Shown piece after piece: positions 50,691-64,000 of a stretch of DNA of 64,000 bases. Positions within the stretch are counted from its first letter, which is position 1. The number at the start of each line of letters is the position of its first letter. The notes below the pieces were generated by a model. The model saw only the letters and a list, made by a program, of their open reading frames with translations. It was not told the origin of the DNA and made no database searches. The DNA comes from Paraspadella gotoi (lineage: Eukaryota; Animalia; Chaetognatha), in the NCBI GenBank assembly GCA_051294375.1, contig CM119268.1:8241008-8305007 (forward strand), read 5' to 3'. The translations under genes and the position numbers were made by a program.

Positions 50691-51997
50691 ATGTGATGGT
50701 TTGAGATTAAATAACCTTATACTAAAAGCAAATGTTTATTTCACCATCTTCCCGTATTTTTTAACTGTTTTCTAGAATGAAAAAAAAAAGACATTTGTAA
50801 GACAAATTTTTCCAACTTATTAGCTAAACTTAGCTAATTGATTTTGTTTATTTTTGACGATAACTCAATCATTAACATTAAACGTTATGAAGAAGAAAAA
50901 CCTAAAAGGAATCAGTGAAAATGGAAGCAGAAAAAAAAATGAGAGAGAGAAAACAACAAAAAGCAACAAAAAGCAAGAAAAGAAAAAAAAACAAAGAAAG
51001 AATAATAAAAATATTGGGAACAGAGATGGAACCAAAACAAGTGGCGGGCGGTAGGAGGGGGGGGGAGAATATGTCGCCGAAAAAAAAAGGAGGGGAAATG
51101 TTTTGTTCTTCGCCTTCGTCGTCGACGGGAAAACCGAAAGACTCGAGGTGGAACTGGCAGCCGCCAATGATTCATGACGAGCGAAGAGGGAGGAAGGAAT
51201 GAAAAAGGGGAGAGAGGCGAGGAGCGCGGAGAGAGGGAGGAATGCCTGGAGGTGGGAAGAAGGCGAGGGTAAAGATTGAGAGGGAGAGATATTAAGTGAA
51301 GGAGGTGGATAAGGGAGAGGAAGGGGAGGAGAAAAGAAGGAAAGGAGCGAGGAGAGGATGAAGAAGACTATGAGGTGGGAGGAGAGAAAAGGGGATTTAG
51401 GGGGGGAAGTAGAAAGTTAAACCGTAAGAAAAGAAGGGAGGCGAAGGAGGAAGTGAAAGAAAGAAACTGATGGAGGATGGTAAAAAAAAGGAAAGAAAGA
51501 AAAGAAGATTTTAGAGTGTTTTGGGAAAATTAGGGTAGGAAAAAAGAATACAGAAGAAAAGAAAAGAAAGAAAAAGAATGAGGTATTAATTAGAAGAAAG
51601 GGAGGAAGAGAAAGAAATGAAGAAAAGGGAAAGAAGGTAGAAAAATTAATTTTGGGGAAAGTTAAAGGGAGATAATGAAGGGGAGAGGTTCGTCGAGAAT
51701 CGAGAGAAAAGTTGATGAAGAATCAACTCGGATGAAGAGGAGGGGGAGCAAGATGGACGAGGGGAGGAAAGAGATTAAAGAAGAAACGAAAGGAAAAACA
51801 ATAGGATTAAACAAATGTAAGTTTGTGTGTGGATAGAAAATGGGAAAGTAAGAGATGAATGATGAAATTAAAATCGTGGCGAAAATTGAGACTCGGATGA
51901 AAGTTCGATACCTGGAGGACAGGAAGATGTGAGGAATTAAAGCTTACAGACGTGAACGTTAAGTCTCAATCGGTTTTTTTTTTTTTTTTTTTTTTTT

Positions 51998-52076
<79 letters not shown>

Positions 52077-52183
52077 CCTAGGTATTTCCTACTTGGGAGA
52101 TTTCTTTGTTGGCGCCGCTAACGATTACCGTCTGGAAACAATAAGTCGCCACAAAAAAGGAAGGGAAATGATGGTGACAAAGA

Positions 52184-52258
<75 letters not shown>

Positions 52259-52551
52259 GAAACATTTAAACCAGGCGATGCCAAAAGAGGAAAACTGGAA
52301 AAGCGGGAAGGTGGAATTGAAAATGAGGAAGATAAAAGAAAGAAAACAAAAAGAAGAAAAAGAAAAAGAGGAGATAACTTTGTTTGCGGAGAATAGAAGG
52401 GAGCGGGAAAACGGGGGAGCAACCAATAAGACGACAAATTGGTGGGGGAGGTTGGGTGGGGGATGGGAGGGAAGGGGGAATCAGAATGAGATGCAACGTT
52501 TGACTCTGAGCGAAAATTGAGTTCGTGGATGAGAAGGCGTTTGATATACTG

Positions 52552-52552
<1 letters not shown>

Positions 52553-52606
<54 letters not shown>

Positions 52607-52862
52607 GATGGTGGTGAAGATGTTATATGATGATGATGATTATGATGATGATGATGATGATGATGGTGGTTGTAAGGTGAAGATGATTATGATAATGATG
52701 ATGATGATGATGTATTGATATGGTTCAATAGATTAGATGATGATATGTGCTGATGGTTCTTGTGATACAGGATTTATTGATGACTTTGATTATGATGATG
52801 ATGTAGATGATGATTATAATGATTTATATAGATAACGATTATGATGATCGATGATTAATGAT
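52553..52862. repeat. (GAT)n microsatellite, degenerating
   Basis: Direct observation. Confidence 0.9.
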
Positions 52863-53132
52863 GGAGTATTAAAATGATCTGAAGCCTTTTCTGCATTTCA
52901 AAGGTCTTTCTTTCCTTGACTTCGCTGACATTTCCCCCCCCCCCAACAAAAAAAAACCCAAAAAATTGATTTTTCCATCTTCTTTTTCTTCCAGAACCTA
53001 ATTTTCTTCCGGACATGAGATTTGCAATTGTGACACGGAAGAAAATGTTCGATCTCTCTATCGTTCCCTCCTACTTTCTCTCCATCAATCTCAGAATTCG
53101 GTGAAATGCTTAAATATTTTTTTATGAACACA

Positions 53133-53375
53133 TTGTGGCGGTATATTCACACCGCCTCACGTCCACCATTGTTCAGCCTATACAGTATACAATTGGCTCA
53201 GAGATGAAACGCACCATCCCAAGGGTTGTGATCCTTCCACCAGTCCTAATGACAAAGCGAGACCGTCCTAGGGTAACCAATGACAGGAGGCGTCACTGAG
53301 GGTCGGAAGTCCCCCAATTCCTACAGTTAGATGCCCCATCTAACTGGGCGTCACAGGCAACCCGGCCGTTGCCGT
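53133..53375. repeat. Dispersed GC-rich structured repeat, copy 2
   Basis: Diverged, same-orientation copy of 50452-50690. Confidence 0.9.
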
Positions 53376-54891
53376 AATGTCTTGTTTTGGCGAAATAAAT
53401 AGTGATCTTCCAGAATAATCGGGTTTTTTTTAAAATTATTGTATCAAGTGATCGTCCGACGGAAACTGCGAAATAATGGAATTAAAATTATTATTAATAA
53501 TTAATTAATAATTAATCAACATCTCGTTATATATTCTCGATTAAACGTCGTTATTAGAATAAAACTTATTCTCTCCACCTTTGTCTCGTCTCCAAGTCTC
53601 GAACGCCAGAATTTTCCGGCGACAAGACAATGCAATATTTTTCACACTTTTTTCTTAGCAAATATAATCTGACTTAAAAAAAAAAAACAAGACGGTCGAA
53701 GGAAAAAAATGAGACGAGTAGAGGGTATACGAACTCGGGACCTTGTTGGTTCAGTCACCGACTCCTTATGTCACTACGCATCGACACATCTCTGATGGAC
53801 GGACTACGCTCGACGAAAGATTAAGCATTCCTGACAATGAAACGCGGCAAAGGGGTGAGGGGGGGGATCGCTTAAAATGCGCAAAGTCGGCCGCTAATAG
53901 ACTCACCTCTCGCCCCCTGGGGAAAAACACTCGTAAATAAACGAAACTGAGAGAAAGAAAAAAAATGAAAAAGAAAAGAAAAAAAAAAAAAAAAAAAAGA
54001 AAAAAGTCGCCGCGTCGATAATTTCCCGGGTTTTTTTTTTTGGGGCGGGGTGGGAAAATGCTGCTCTGCGGCTGCGTTGTGGAGTCTCGCGCGGTAGGAG
54101 AAGTTGGTAGCGAAAGGTACGCGACTTTATCGGGTTTAATCTGTCACGTCATTGATTTTAAATATATTGTCCGAGCGCTGAGCGTCTGATTCCGTCACAA
54201 CGACGAAGACGATAAAAAAGGCATCCGGGTTTAAGACGATGACGACGACGATGAAGACGACGATGACGACGACGACGACGACGACGATGACGACGACGAT
54301 GAAGAGGACGATGACGACGACGAAAAGATTTACGAGATTTACCGAGAAGTTTATATACGAGAATGTCGCCGATAACGATGGTGCAAATTACAAGAACGTT
54401 GATTGGACGATTACGATGACGACGGAAAATTACTGACGTCAGACCAAAATAGGGATGACAACGACGACGAAGATGACGATGGAAAAAGGGAAGGACGACG
54501 ATACCGAAGATTACGACGACGACGACAAAGAAGAAGAATTTTGGGTCTCTTTTGACGTAGATGACCAACGTCGCTCTAATGTCCCGAAATTTACTTTGAC
54601 GAAAACGCATTAGGGCTTTCAAAAGAGGCTCAATTTTGACAGGGAAGAAGACGATAACAAGAGAAGAAAAGAAAAAAAAGAAAAGAAAAGAAAAAAGAGA
54701 GGAGAAATGAGAGGAGAAAAGGAAAAGAGAGGAGAGAAGAGAGATAAAAAGTAGAAGGACGAAGAAAGTGGAAGAAATAGAAAAAAGATAAGAACAGAAA
54801 AGAAAAGAAAAGAAAAAAAAGAAATAAAAGAAAAGATAAGAAAAGAAAGGAAAAGAAAAAAAAGAAAAGACAACAACAACAACAACAACAA

Positions 54892-54944
<53 letters not shown>

Positions 54945-55559
54945 CGAAGATCTGGGTCACTTTCCTCTCCTTCATTTCCGACTCTTTGTTCGGTGAACGA
55001 TTTGACTCCTGGCCTCCGCCATTGTCTCGTCGGGGCATCGCCGCATCGACTATCGCGGCATCGACGAATCGACGGCATCGTATTTCCGTATTGCAGTATC
55101 GCTCGTTTTCCTTTCCCTTTATTTGTATTCTGCATTCAGAATGTTAGCGAGTATATATCAATATTATATCATTTGTTACTTTCTCGTGACTTAAATTAAT
55201 AAATTTCATTTATTTTTTTTTGGTTGGTGAGTTCATGTCGGTTTGTCGGTTCTTCCGACGGTCAGTTTGTCGGTTCGACGTCGGCCAACTTTCGGGCTTC
55301 GATTATCGATCCTCATCATCAACGTCATTCGGAGGGAAATGGGTTTTGGCGTCGATGTGAGGAAAGTTAAGAAAGAAAGAAAAAGTAAAAGAAAGGAAGA
55401 AAGAAAGAAAGAAAGAAAGAAAGAGAGAAAAGAAACGACATAGCAATAAAGCAAGCAAGCAAGCGAGCAAGCAAGCAGAAATGATGATCCTCTGTTTGAC
55501 TCCGACCATCAAATACTCAAAACAGAGCTGAGGAGTGAGAGGCGGAAAAGATAGGGTGG

Positions 55560-55599
<40 letters not shown>

Positions 55600-55837
55600 T
55601 GGATTAAAGATTCAGTATTTTTACGAATTGCAAACCTGACACCTGACGTTTTTATCGCCAAACAAACGTCATCAAATCTCGTATTCGTGTTGAGCTCGTG
55701 TCAAGCGAAACTCGTCTTACATCGTCAATTCCTTTCTATGTAGTTTCATTAAAAACAAACAATGTTTAAATACAAACAAAATACTAACTTCGTTTACTTT
55801 TTTTTTACTTTTCTTTTCTTACTTCGTTTACGACCTA

Positions 55838-56238
55838 TTTTTAGTTGCGCCGCCAGTACTCACGGAGCAACTCTATAAGTCATTTTTCGGTCGGTCTGTC
55901 GGTCGGTTGGTTGGTCGGTCTGTCCGTCGGTATGTCTGTCTGTCGGTCTGTCCCACTTACGTTAAAAATGCATATAATTTGCTTATAGTTGGTTGCTCAT
56001 TTGTTAAGACAGAAAGAAACTTCAAATCAAAGGGACGGCTAGCGCCGCCTTCAGGATTTCCTAAAACTACAAGGAATAAAAGACGGAATTTTGATTCAGT
56101 GCATGTCATAAAAATTTATGACATGGGCAAAAAAGTTTTTTAGTCATATCATGTCATGTCATATCATATCATCAAAGGGAAGTATACGTGAAAAAAAGTT
56201 ACTGCGACGCAACACATCGGAATTTCCGTTCTTGTTTT
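55838..56238 (+). mobile_element. Helentron-associated non-autonomous element (HINE/DINE-1-like)
   Basis: T-rich 5' end, AGTTGCG...GCAACT inverted repeat, GTCG/GTCT tetranucleotide core, 3' CGCAAC partner repeat followed by hairpin CGGAATTTCCG and TTCTTGTTTT. Confidence 0.7.
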
Positions 56239-56555
56239 ACATTATTTCAGTCCCGTAAAGAAAAAAAAATTATAAAATGATTGCGCCCACTAGACATTAT
56301 TTATGTGAGTTTTTTTCCTTCACCGCCAGGGGGTCGAGCCTTCGCTACGCGCCATAAACGCGTTTTCGATGGAACTCGGTTCCAAGTTTCCCTGGCTGCC
56401 GAGGCTGCCCCTTTATTTGGGCAACCGATTCTTTTTTTTCTCTTTTTTTTTTCAAGGAAGGCTTATGGGTAAAATAAAAGTCGTAGAGGAAAAAAAATAA
56501 AACAAGGAAAATTAAATTGGGGCGCGAGAGAAAGAAGTAAGAAAAGAAGGGAGAA

Positions 56556-56832
56556 AGGAAGGAAGGAAGGAAGGAAGGAAGGAAGGAAGGAAGGAAGGAA
56601 GGAAGGAAGGAAGGAAGGAAGGAAGGAAGAAAGGATGGAAGAAAGGAATGAATAAATGAATGAATGAATGAATGAATGAATGAATGAATGAATGAATGAA
56701 TGAAGGAAGGAAGGAAGGAAGGAAGGAAGGAAGGAAGGAAGGAAGGAAGGAAGGAAGGAAGGAAGGAAGGAAGGAAGGAAGGAAGGAAGGAAAGAAAGGA
56801 AGGAAGGAAGGAAGGAAGGAAGGAAGGAAGGA
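56556..56832. repeat. Compound (GGAA)n-(GAAT)n-(GGAA)n microsatellite
   Basis: Direct observation. Confidence 0.95.
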
Positions 56833-57285
56833 AGTAATTATGGAAGGAAGAATAGAAGGAAGAAAAGGAAGGAAATAAAAGAGAAAAAAAGGAAGTTGGA
56901 AAGGAAGGAAAGAAGATAAGAGGGTTTAAAGGAAGAAAGGAAGATAAAAATGAGAAAAAGTAAGTAAGGAAAAAGACCTTGAGCAATTTCTGAAAACCGG
57001 TGGCCTTACAAACACTCGCTCCCAACGCAAACCCCTCCCACGACCCTACCCTCTTCGTCAACTTCCAAAGTTTCACCGTCACAGAAAATTCACATTCAAT
57101 TCGCGTCAACTGAACCGACGAAGTCGCGATAGTCTCTTTGTCGTTGTTGTTGTCGTTGTCGTTGTCGTCGCAGTCATCGTCGTATTCTTTCTTTCTTTCC
57201 ACGTTACCGTCTCTTCGGTGGAAAGAGATAAGAACGTCTCTTACTCTCTTTTTCTCGCTCGAGTGCCAAATTTTGAGTCATTTTT

Positions 57286-57397
<112 letters not shown>

Positions 57398-57515
57398 ACG
57401 CTTGAGTACGCGTAAAAAAGTGATCAGGTGGCTCCAATCCGGGACCGAAATTAGTTTTTTTTTCTCTTCCACGTTTTTTCAATATTTTTTTCTTTTTAAA
57501 CAATTTTTTCTTTAA

Positions 57516-58167
57516 GGAGACCCAGTGATAAAATGAAATCATAAGCTTATGGGTCTTTAAGGGAATTTAAATGGTGATAGTTTATTAATTTTTTTATACG
57601 GGAAAGTAATTATCTTTTATTGTAGCAGAAATAAAAATTTAATAATTAAAAAAAAATATTCATTGATCTTATCTAAATATTTATATCATTCATTATTTTA
57701 TTTTTGCAACCTAAATTTTATTCTTATAGAAATAAAAGTATTAATAATCTATATTTATTCCTAATTATAACAATTCAGAATTTAGCAAAAATATAAAACT
57801 TTTTTTATAATTATAATATTTTAAAAGGTTTTATTTTATTTAATTAATAGAATTACTTGAAAAGAAAATTTAAATAAAATCAGTCGATTCTTTAAATTTT
57901 TATTCATTTCTAAATTTTTTATTATAAACTTCTGTAATTAAAGCTAAAAAGTTTTTTAAAACTATATCTTACCCTTTTCCAGAAAAAAAATATAAAACTT
58001 AAAAAAGATTTTCTTCTTACTAAATTTTTAAGGAAAATAAGACAGCTGATCATCATTGTATTTTTTAACTACTTTCCCAAATAATTATAAAAAAATAATT
58101 TGGTCAGAACCAAGTTAATTTAAAGGATCAAATGTTATGCTTTTACCCCTCTGGTCACTTGGTTCCC
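57516..58167. mobile_element. AT-rich MITE with TTAA target duplication (Kolobok-like ends)
   Basis: TTAA|GGAGACCCAGTGA ... TCACTTGGTTCCC|TTAA. Imperfect 13-bp TIR with purine-purine termini. Confidence 0.6.
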
Positions 58168-59189
58168 TTAACTCGTTTGGCTAATTTTTTTTTGCAATTT
58201 TTTTCTCAAATTTGTTTCTCTCATTTCGTATCGCGTTTTTATTTTTGATTCGTTTCCTCTGGGCGTCGTCTTCGTCGCTATAGTCGTCGTCGTCGTCGTC
58301 GTCGCTCAACCCTGCAAAGCCGACGGCAAAAAAAAATTAATTCGCCGTTTTATTTCTGTTTGTCCTTATTTTCTCTTTTGCAGATAAAATAAGGAGGGGA
58401 AAGAAATAATTGAGTAAACGAATAGAATAAACAAGCTGCAAGCGAATTAAAAAAAAAGAATAACACACAAAAACAAATGGTTCAAATCAAAACAAAACAA
58501 AAAGGAAAAGGGGGAATTATTGATTGTCTCGGTTGGAAGTCGTTTTGTTACAAGGGGATTTCGTGAATACGATGAGACAAATTGTCACTTTAATCAAAAT
58601 CTGATAAATAATCTGGAGAAATAAAAGCAAAGTATGACATCTTTACAACTAATTTACAATTTTACACAATCGATATTCGTGATTTGGATATTAAAACATT
58701 ATTAACATCATCATCGTCGTCGTCGTCGTGATCATCGTGGGCCAAGAGTTTTGGGCGACTGCGCCTCCAGACGGGGCGTGGCATCGACGACGGCGACGAC
58801 GGTGATTGCAGAGAGGCCTCTGGTTGCGGCGGCGCCGGCGGCGGCAGCAGCGGCGGCGGCGGCGGCGGCAGCAGCGACGAATGATGATGATACCCTCCTG
58901 CTTTCCCAGCCTCATTTTTCGCGGGTAAGAAATTGGAAAATCTGCCGGGGAATCATGATACAAAGTTGGACCGGAGGAAGTGAAGCTTTTGTCTTTTCTT
59001 TTCTTTTTTTTTTCTCTTTGTTTTTTTTTTTCAAAGTACTCCAGAAACAAACTAAAGAGGAAATTACTTGCGAGCAGGTTTTTTTTGATGCATCGTGTTC
59101 GGACCAAAAAAGAAACGCCCATTCAAAGCGGAACGTCTTAATGTAACATAAGTGATGCTCGGCAGAGGAGGTTACATAAAGAAAGTGAT

Positions 59190-59283
<94 letters not shown>

Positions 59284-59322
59284 GCCAAACCCACTTTTCC
59301 CACAGATTCGGTCAGTGTCATC
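58151..59322 (+). repeat. Copy 1 of a ~1.17-kb near-identical duplication
   Basis: Matches 60550-61738 with only scattered 1-nt differences and a different AG-tract length. Confidence 0.95.
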
Positions 59323-60549
59323 GGGCGAGTGATAAATATCTCCGCGATAAAAAGAAAAAAGTGAACAATTTTCTTTTGCCATAAAAAATCGTCTCATTCG
59401 ATTCTCAGCAGAATCGAGGGTTCCAAATTCTATAACCGAATTATTTTCCTTCGCTGAGAGAAAAATGTCGTCCGATGGAAATCTTCGTTTTAGTCATAGC
59501 GAATGTTGCCAGGTTAGTATTAAGTATACAAACTGGATACAAACTTTTCTGGTCACAGGAAATGTTTGTAAACTTTTTTTTTACTACACTAAGTATTGCT
59601 CGAGAAACGTAGAATATTATAAAAAAAATCCTGGCTTGAAACTACTAAAATATTAGAGACTATAATCGATGGTGATTATTGATTATTGATTATTGACTAT
59701 TTATTACGATTGACTTTCTGTAGATATCTTATGAGTTCATAAAATTTCATGTTAATGGGAGTTATAACGTTTTTAGTACAAACCGTCCAAATAATCATAC
59801 GGGATCGCACCATCGCTCACTAGGATTAGCTAGCACAATTATCATAGCGAGATACCATTCCGCTGCCCTCGAATCACACAGTGATTTCTCGCATTCCCTC
59901 GCTATTTTTTCGCTCACCCACTGTGCGCGAGATTCGTCGTCGTTGGAGATTTTAATTCAACAATTATGCAAATTCGCGTCGCGGAAACGAAAGAGCGAAA
60001 CTTTATGAATCCACTTATGCGCGGAGATTATGCGTGGCGCGGAACGAAATGTGCGGTCTCTCTCTTTCTCTCTCTCTCTCGGTCTCTCTTCTGTCTCCTC
60101 GTCTCTCTCTCTCTTTATGCATAGTGATGAAGTAAATGAAATGTTATGCATACGTTCCGGGATAAACGAGATTAATAACTAGAGAATGGGGGGGGGAGAA
60201 ATGTTTTGTATTTTTTTATGACTCATGATTGTCGGAAAAAAAAAATCAAGACTCCGTTTAGAAAAGTCCGGAATCTGGCAAAGTTTTCAGAAATGATTCT
60301 CGAAAAGTGCTATTGTAAATATTGTAAATATTGTAAATCTTTCCAGAACGAAAATATATTATATTCAGTGAAAACATATAAATAAAAGTTATTTTTGTAA
60401 ATAATGTCCCAATAGATCGAGATGTACCACGTATAAATAAAAGAAAATANNNNNNNNNNNNNNNNNNNNNNNNNNNNNNNNNNNNNNNNNNNNNNNNNNN
60501 NNNNNNNNNNNNNNNNNNNNNNNNNNNNNNNNNNNNNNNNNNNNNNNNN

Positions 60550-61738
<1,189 letters not shown>

Positions 61739-62349
61739 CATGGCTATACTCAGAAGCCTCGTATCAGCGCAGCGTCCGGGAGCAGCCGCGCGGCGGCCGA
61801 TCGGCTTCTCTTTGACTTCGACTTACTTCGCTCGGCTCATCTTACTTCTCTTCCTCTTCCTTCTCCCTATCTCCCGGATCCGCGCGGCTGCAAAGTCGAT
61901 CCGATCGGAGCTGTAGCGGCGAACTTACTCTTTTCTCTCTCTCTTACCCTCATCACCACCGAGGCTTTTCTCTCTGCCTCCGAGCGAATCGATTATGAGT
62001 TCGCGCGGATCCGGGAGTCTCTTTATAAAAAATGTTTGTTTTCTCTCTCAATTTTAAATTTTTATATAAAATGTTTGTTTTCTCTCTCAATTTTAAATTT
62101 TTATTGTTATATTATTATTTTAACAAGTTTGAGCAAACAATGTCGGATCTGCCTACGATAATTAATTAATTAATTGATTAATTAATTAATTAATTAATAA
62201 ATTAATTAATTAATAGATTAATTAATTATTTAATTAATAGATTAATTAAATTTATATTCAGCTTGTCATCATCGATGTCCTTAAAATTGAGTCAGGACAG
62301 TTATTAAATGTTTTGTTTACATTTTATCAAACAACAAATATCCTCTATT

Positions 62350-62644
62350 ATCGAGCCAGGCGGGCAAAGCCGTCCTGTCTAGATTTTTTTCGGTTTAGCT
62401 TTCGGTCTCGCTTTTTTGCAATCATGGCTTCTGAAAGTGTGATATCATAGGGAGTTGAATTTTCATATATGGCTTCTAATCATCAAGATCTTTAAAATTC
62501 TCATGTTCATATCAATATTGGTATTTGTTTATGTTTATTTACAAACAAAAACGTTTTAATTATATGTCGCTCTCTCTCTCTCTCTTTTTCTCCGTCACTG
62601 CTTCTTCTAAAAACGAGTTCCGGCTCTGCAGCGTCTGTCCAGCT

Positions 62645-62693
<49 letters not shown>

Positions 62694-63178
62694 TACAAAA
62701 AATTTTTTAGATATAATGTGGGTTCACTAATGTAAAAAACGATGCCGCGAACAGGGCGCGAACCCGGGTCCTTTGGGTAGAGAATAGCTCACGCTACGTG
62801 CGGCGCCATAAGTACTGCTGATTCTTTAACGAGTAAAGGGGCTGTAGAGCTTCTCCTCTCTCTCTCTTTTAATTATTATATATTGCTCTTTCTCTTTCTC
62901 TTTTTCTCTGCAGCGGCTGTCTCTCTCTCTCTCTCTTTTTTCTCTCTCTCTCTCTGTCTCTCTGTCTCTCTGTGTGTGTCTGTCCCTATCTGTCGATCTT
63001 TTGCGTGATCGTTTGTTTTTGAAAAATTCTGATTATTTTTTTCCTTCTAAAAACTTTTTTATATTGCCATTTATTCCGCGCTTTTTTTCAATACAAAATC
63101 CCATATTTTCATCCGAGATTTTCGTGGATTTATTCTCTTTCTTTCTCTCTCTCTCTCTCTCTTCTCTCTCTCTTTCTT

Positions 63179-63236
<58 letters not shown>

Positions 63237-63570
63237 ACTCATACACGCATTTGTTTGTTTTATGACTATCATCGCATCAATGAATGACAATCATCGCATC
63301 AATGAATGACAATCATCGCATCACTGAATGACTATCATCACAGCAGTGAATGACTATCATCACATCAATAATTGATTATCATCGAATCAATAATCAATTC
63401 CTATTACATCAATAAATTACTATTACATCAATCAATTAGTATTACCTCAATCAATTACTAGTACATCAACAATTCGTTATCGCATGATTCATTCGTTTTT
63501 TTCCGGTTTTTTTCATTAATTTTCTTATGATAGTGGGCTCTGGCTCGATCTTGAGTCTTTTAAGATTTTT
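62350..63570 (+). mobile_element. HINE-like element with subterminal inverted repeats, internal tRNA-like sequence, CT microsatellites and 22-bp satellite
   Basis: ATCGAGCCAG (62350-62359) / CTGGCTCGAT (63540-63549); 3' hairpin ATCTTGA-GTCTT-TTAAGAT then a T-run; 5' hairpin GGCGGGCAAAGCCGTCC. Confidence 0.55.
62734..62818 (-). pseudogene. Degenerate tRNA-like / SINE-head sequence
   Basis: Minus strand has an A-box-like TGGCGC, a B-box/T-arm-like GGACCCGGGTTCGCGCCC and a downstream T-run. No intact cloverleaf found. Confidence 0.45.
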
Positions 63571-64000
63571 TATTTTATGTTCCTTCTCTCTCTCTCTCTC
63601 TCACTCTCTCTCTCTCTCTCTCACTCTCTCTCTCTCTCTCACTCTCTCTTTCTCTCTCTCTCTCTCTCTTTTTATGCAATAGCGACGATCCTTATGCTTT
63701 TAAGATTTTTTAACTTGCATCATTTTTTCAACTTGCATAATTTTTTCAACTTGCATTCCGTCAAACTTTATATCTAGCTTCTTCACTCACTTTCCTACCG
63801 GCTCACAAAATTTCATCTCAATCTATCATGGTTAAATAAATAAAAAGATTCAAGTAAATGTGACTCATATTTTTTTCATTTAAACTCATTTCCACTGTAC
63901 GTTTCCACTGAAACTTTATATCAAGCTTCGTCATACGTTTTCCTACCCCACACAAAATTTCAACTCAATCTATCCATCCAATTATGATTAATAGGAGTAT

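Noticed and set aside
54158-55135. 325-aa minus ORF
   Set aside because: Built from GAC/AAC and purine microsatellites.
58751-58925. Poly-Ala exon candidate ending at gtaag
   Set aside because: No acceptor, start or recognisable domain; trinucleotide repeats are ubiquitous here.

Overview
Eukaryotic (animal-like) draft-assembly window. It is rich in microsatellites, has many N gaps, and contains long stretches that look like error-prone long-read gap fill. Almost all ORFs in the supplied track are low-complexity artefacts. Reading by splice sites and motifs gives three real coding signals. (1) A minus-strand spliced gene for a single-FN3-domain membrane protein: five phase-compatible exons at 45758-42213 and a probable transmembrane exon at 4038-3888. 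(2) A plus-strand, intron-containing fragment of an ATP9/Neo1-type P4-ATPase at about 19265-26330, riddled with indels. (3) A minus-strand hAT-transposase-derived sequence at about 7230-5974. The most unusual signal is two minisatellites whose units contain an AG|GT splice junction. One is a 54-bp, in-frame, stop-free unit that copies the end of an ATP9 exon plus its donor 13 times. The other is a 71-bp GT...AG unit repeated about 38-39 times. The window also holds several MITE- and Helentron-like elements, satellites, a twice-occurring structured repeat and two duplications that are probably assembly or haplotype artefacts.
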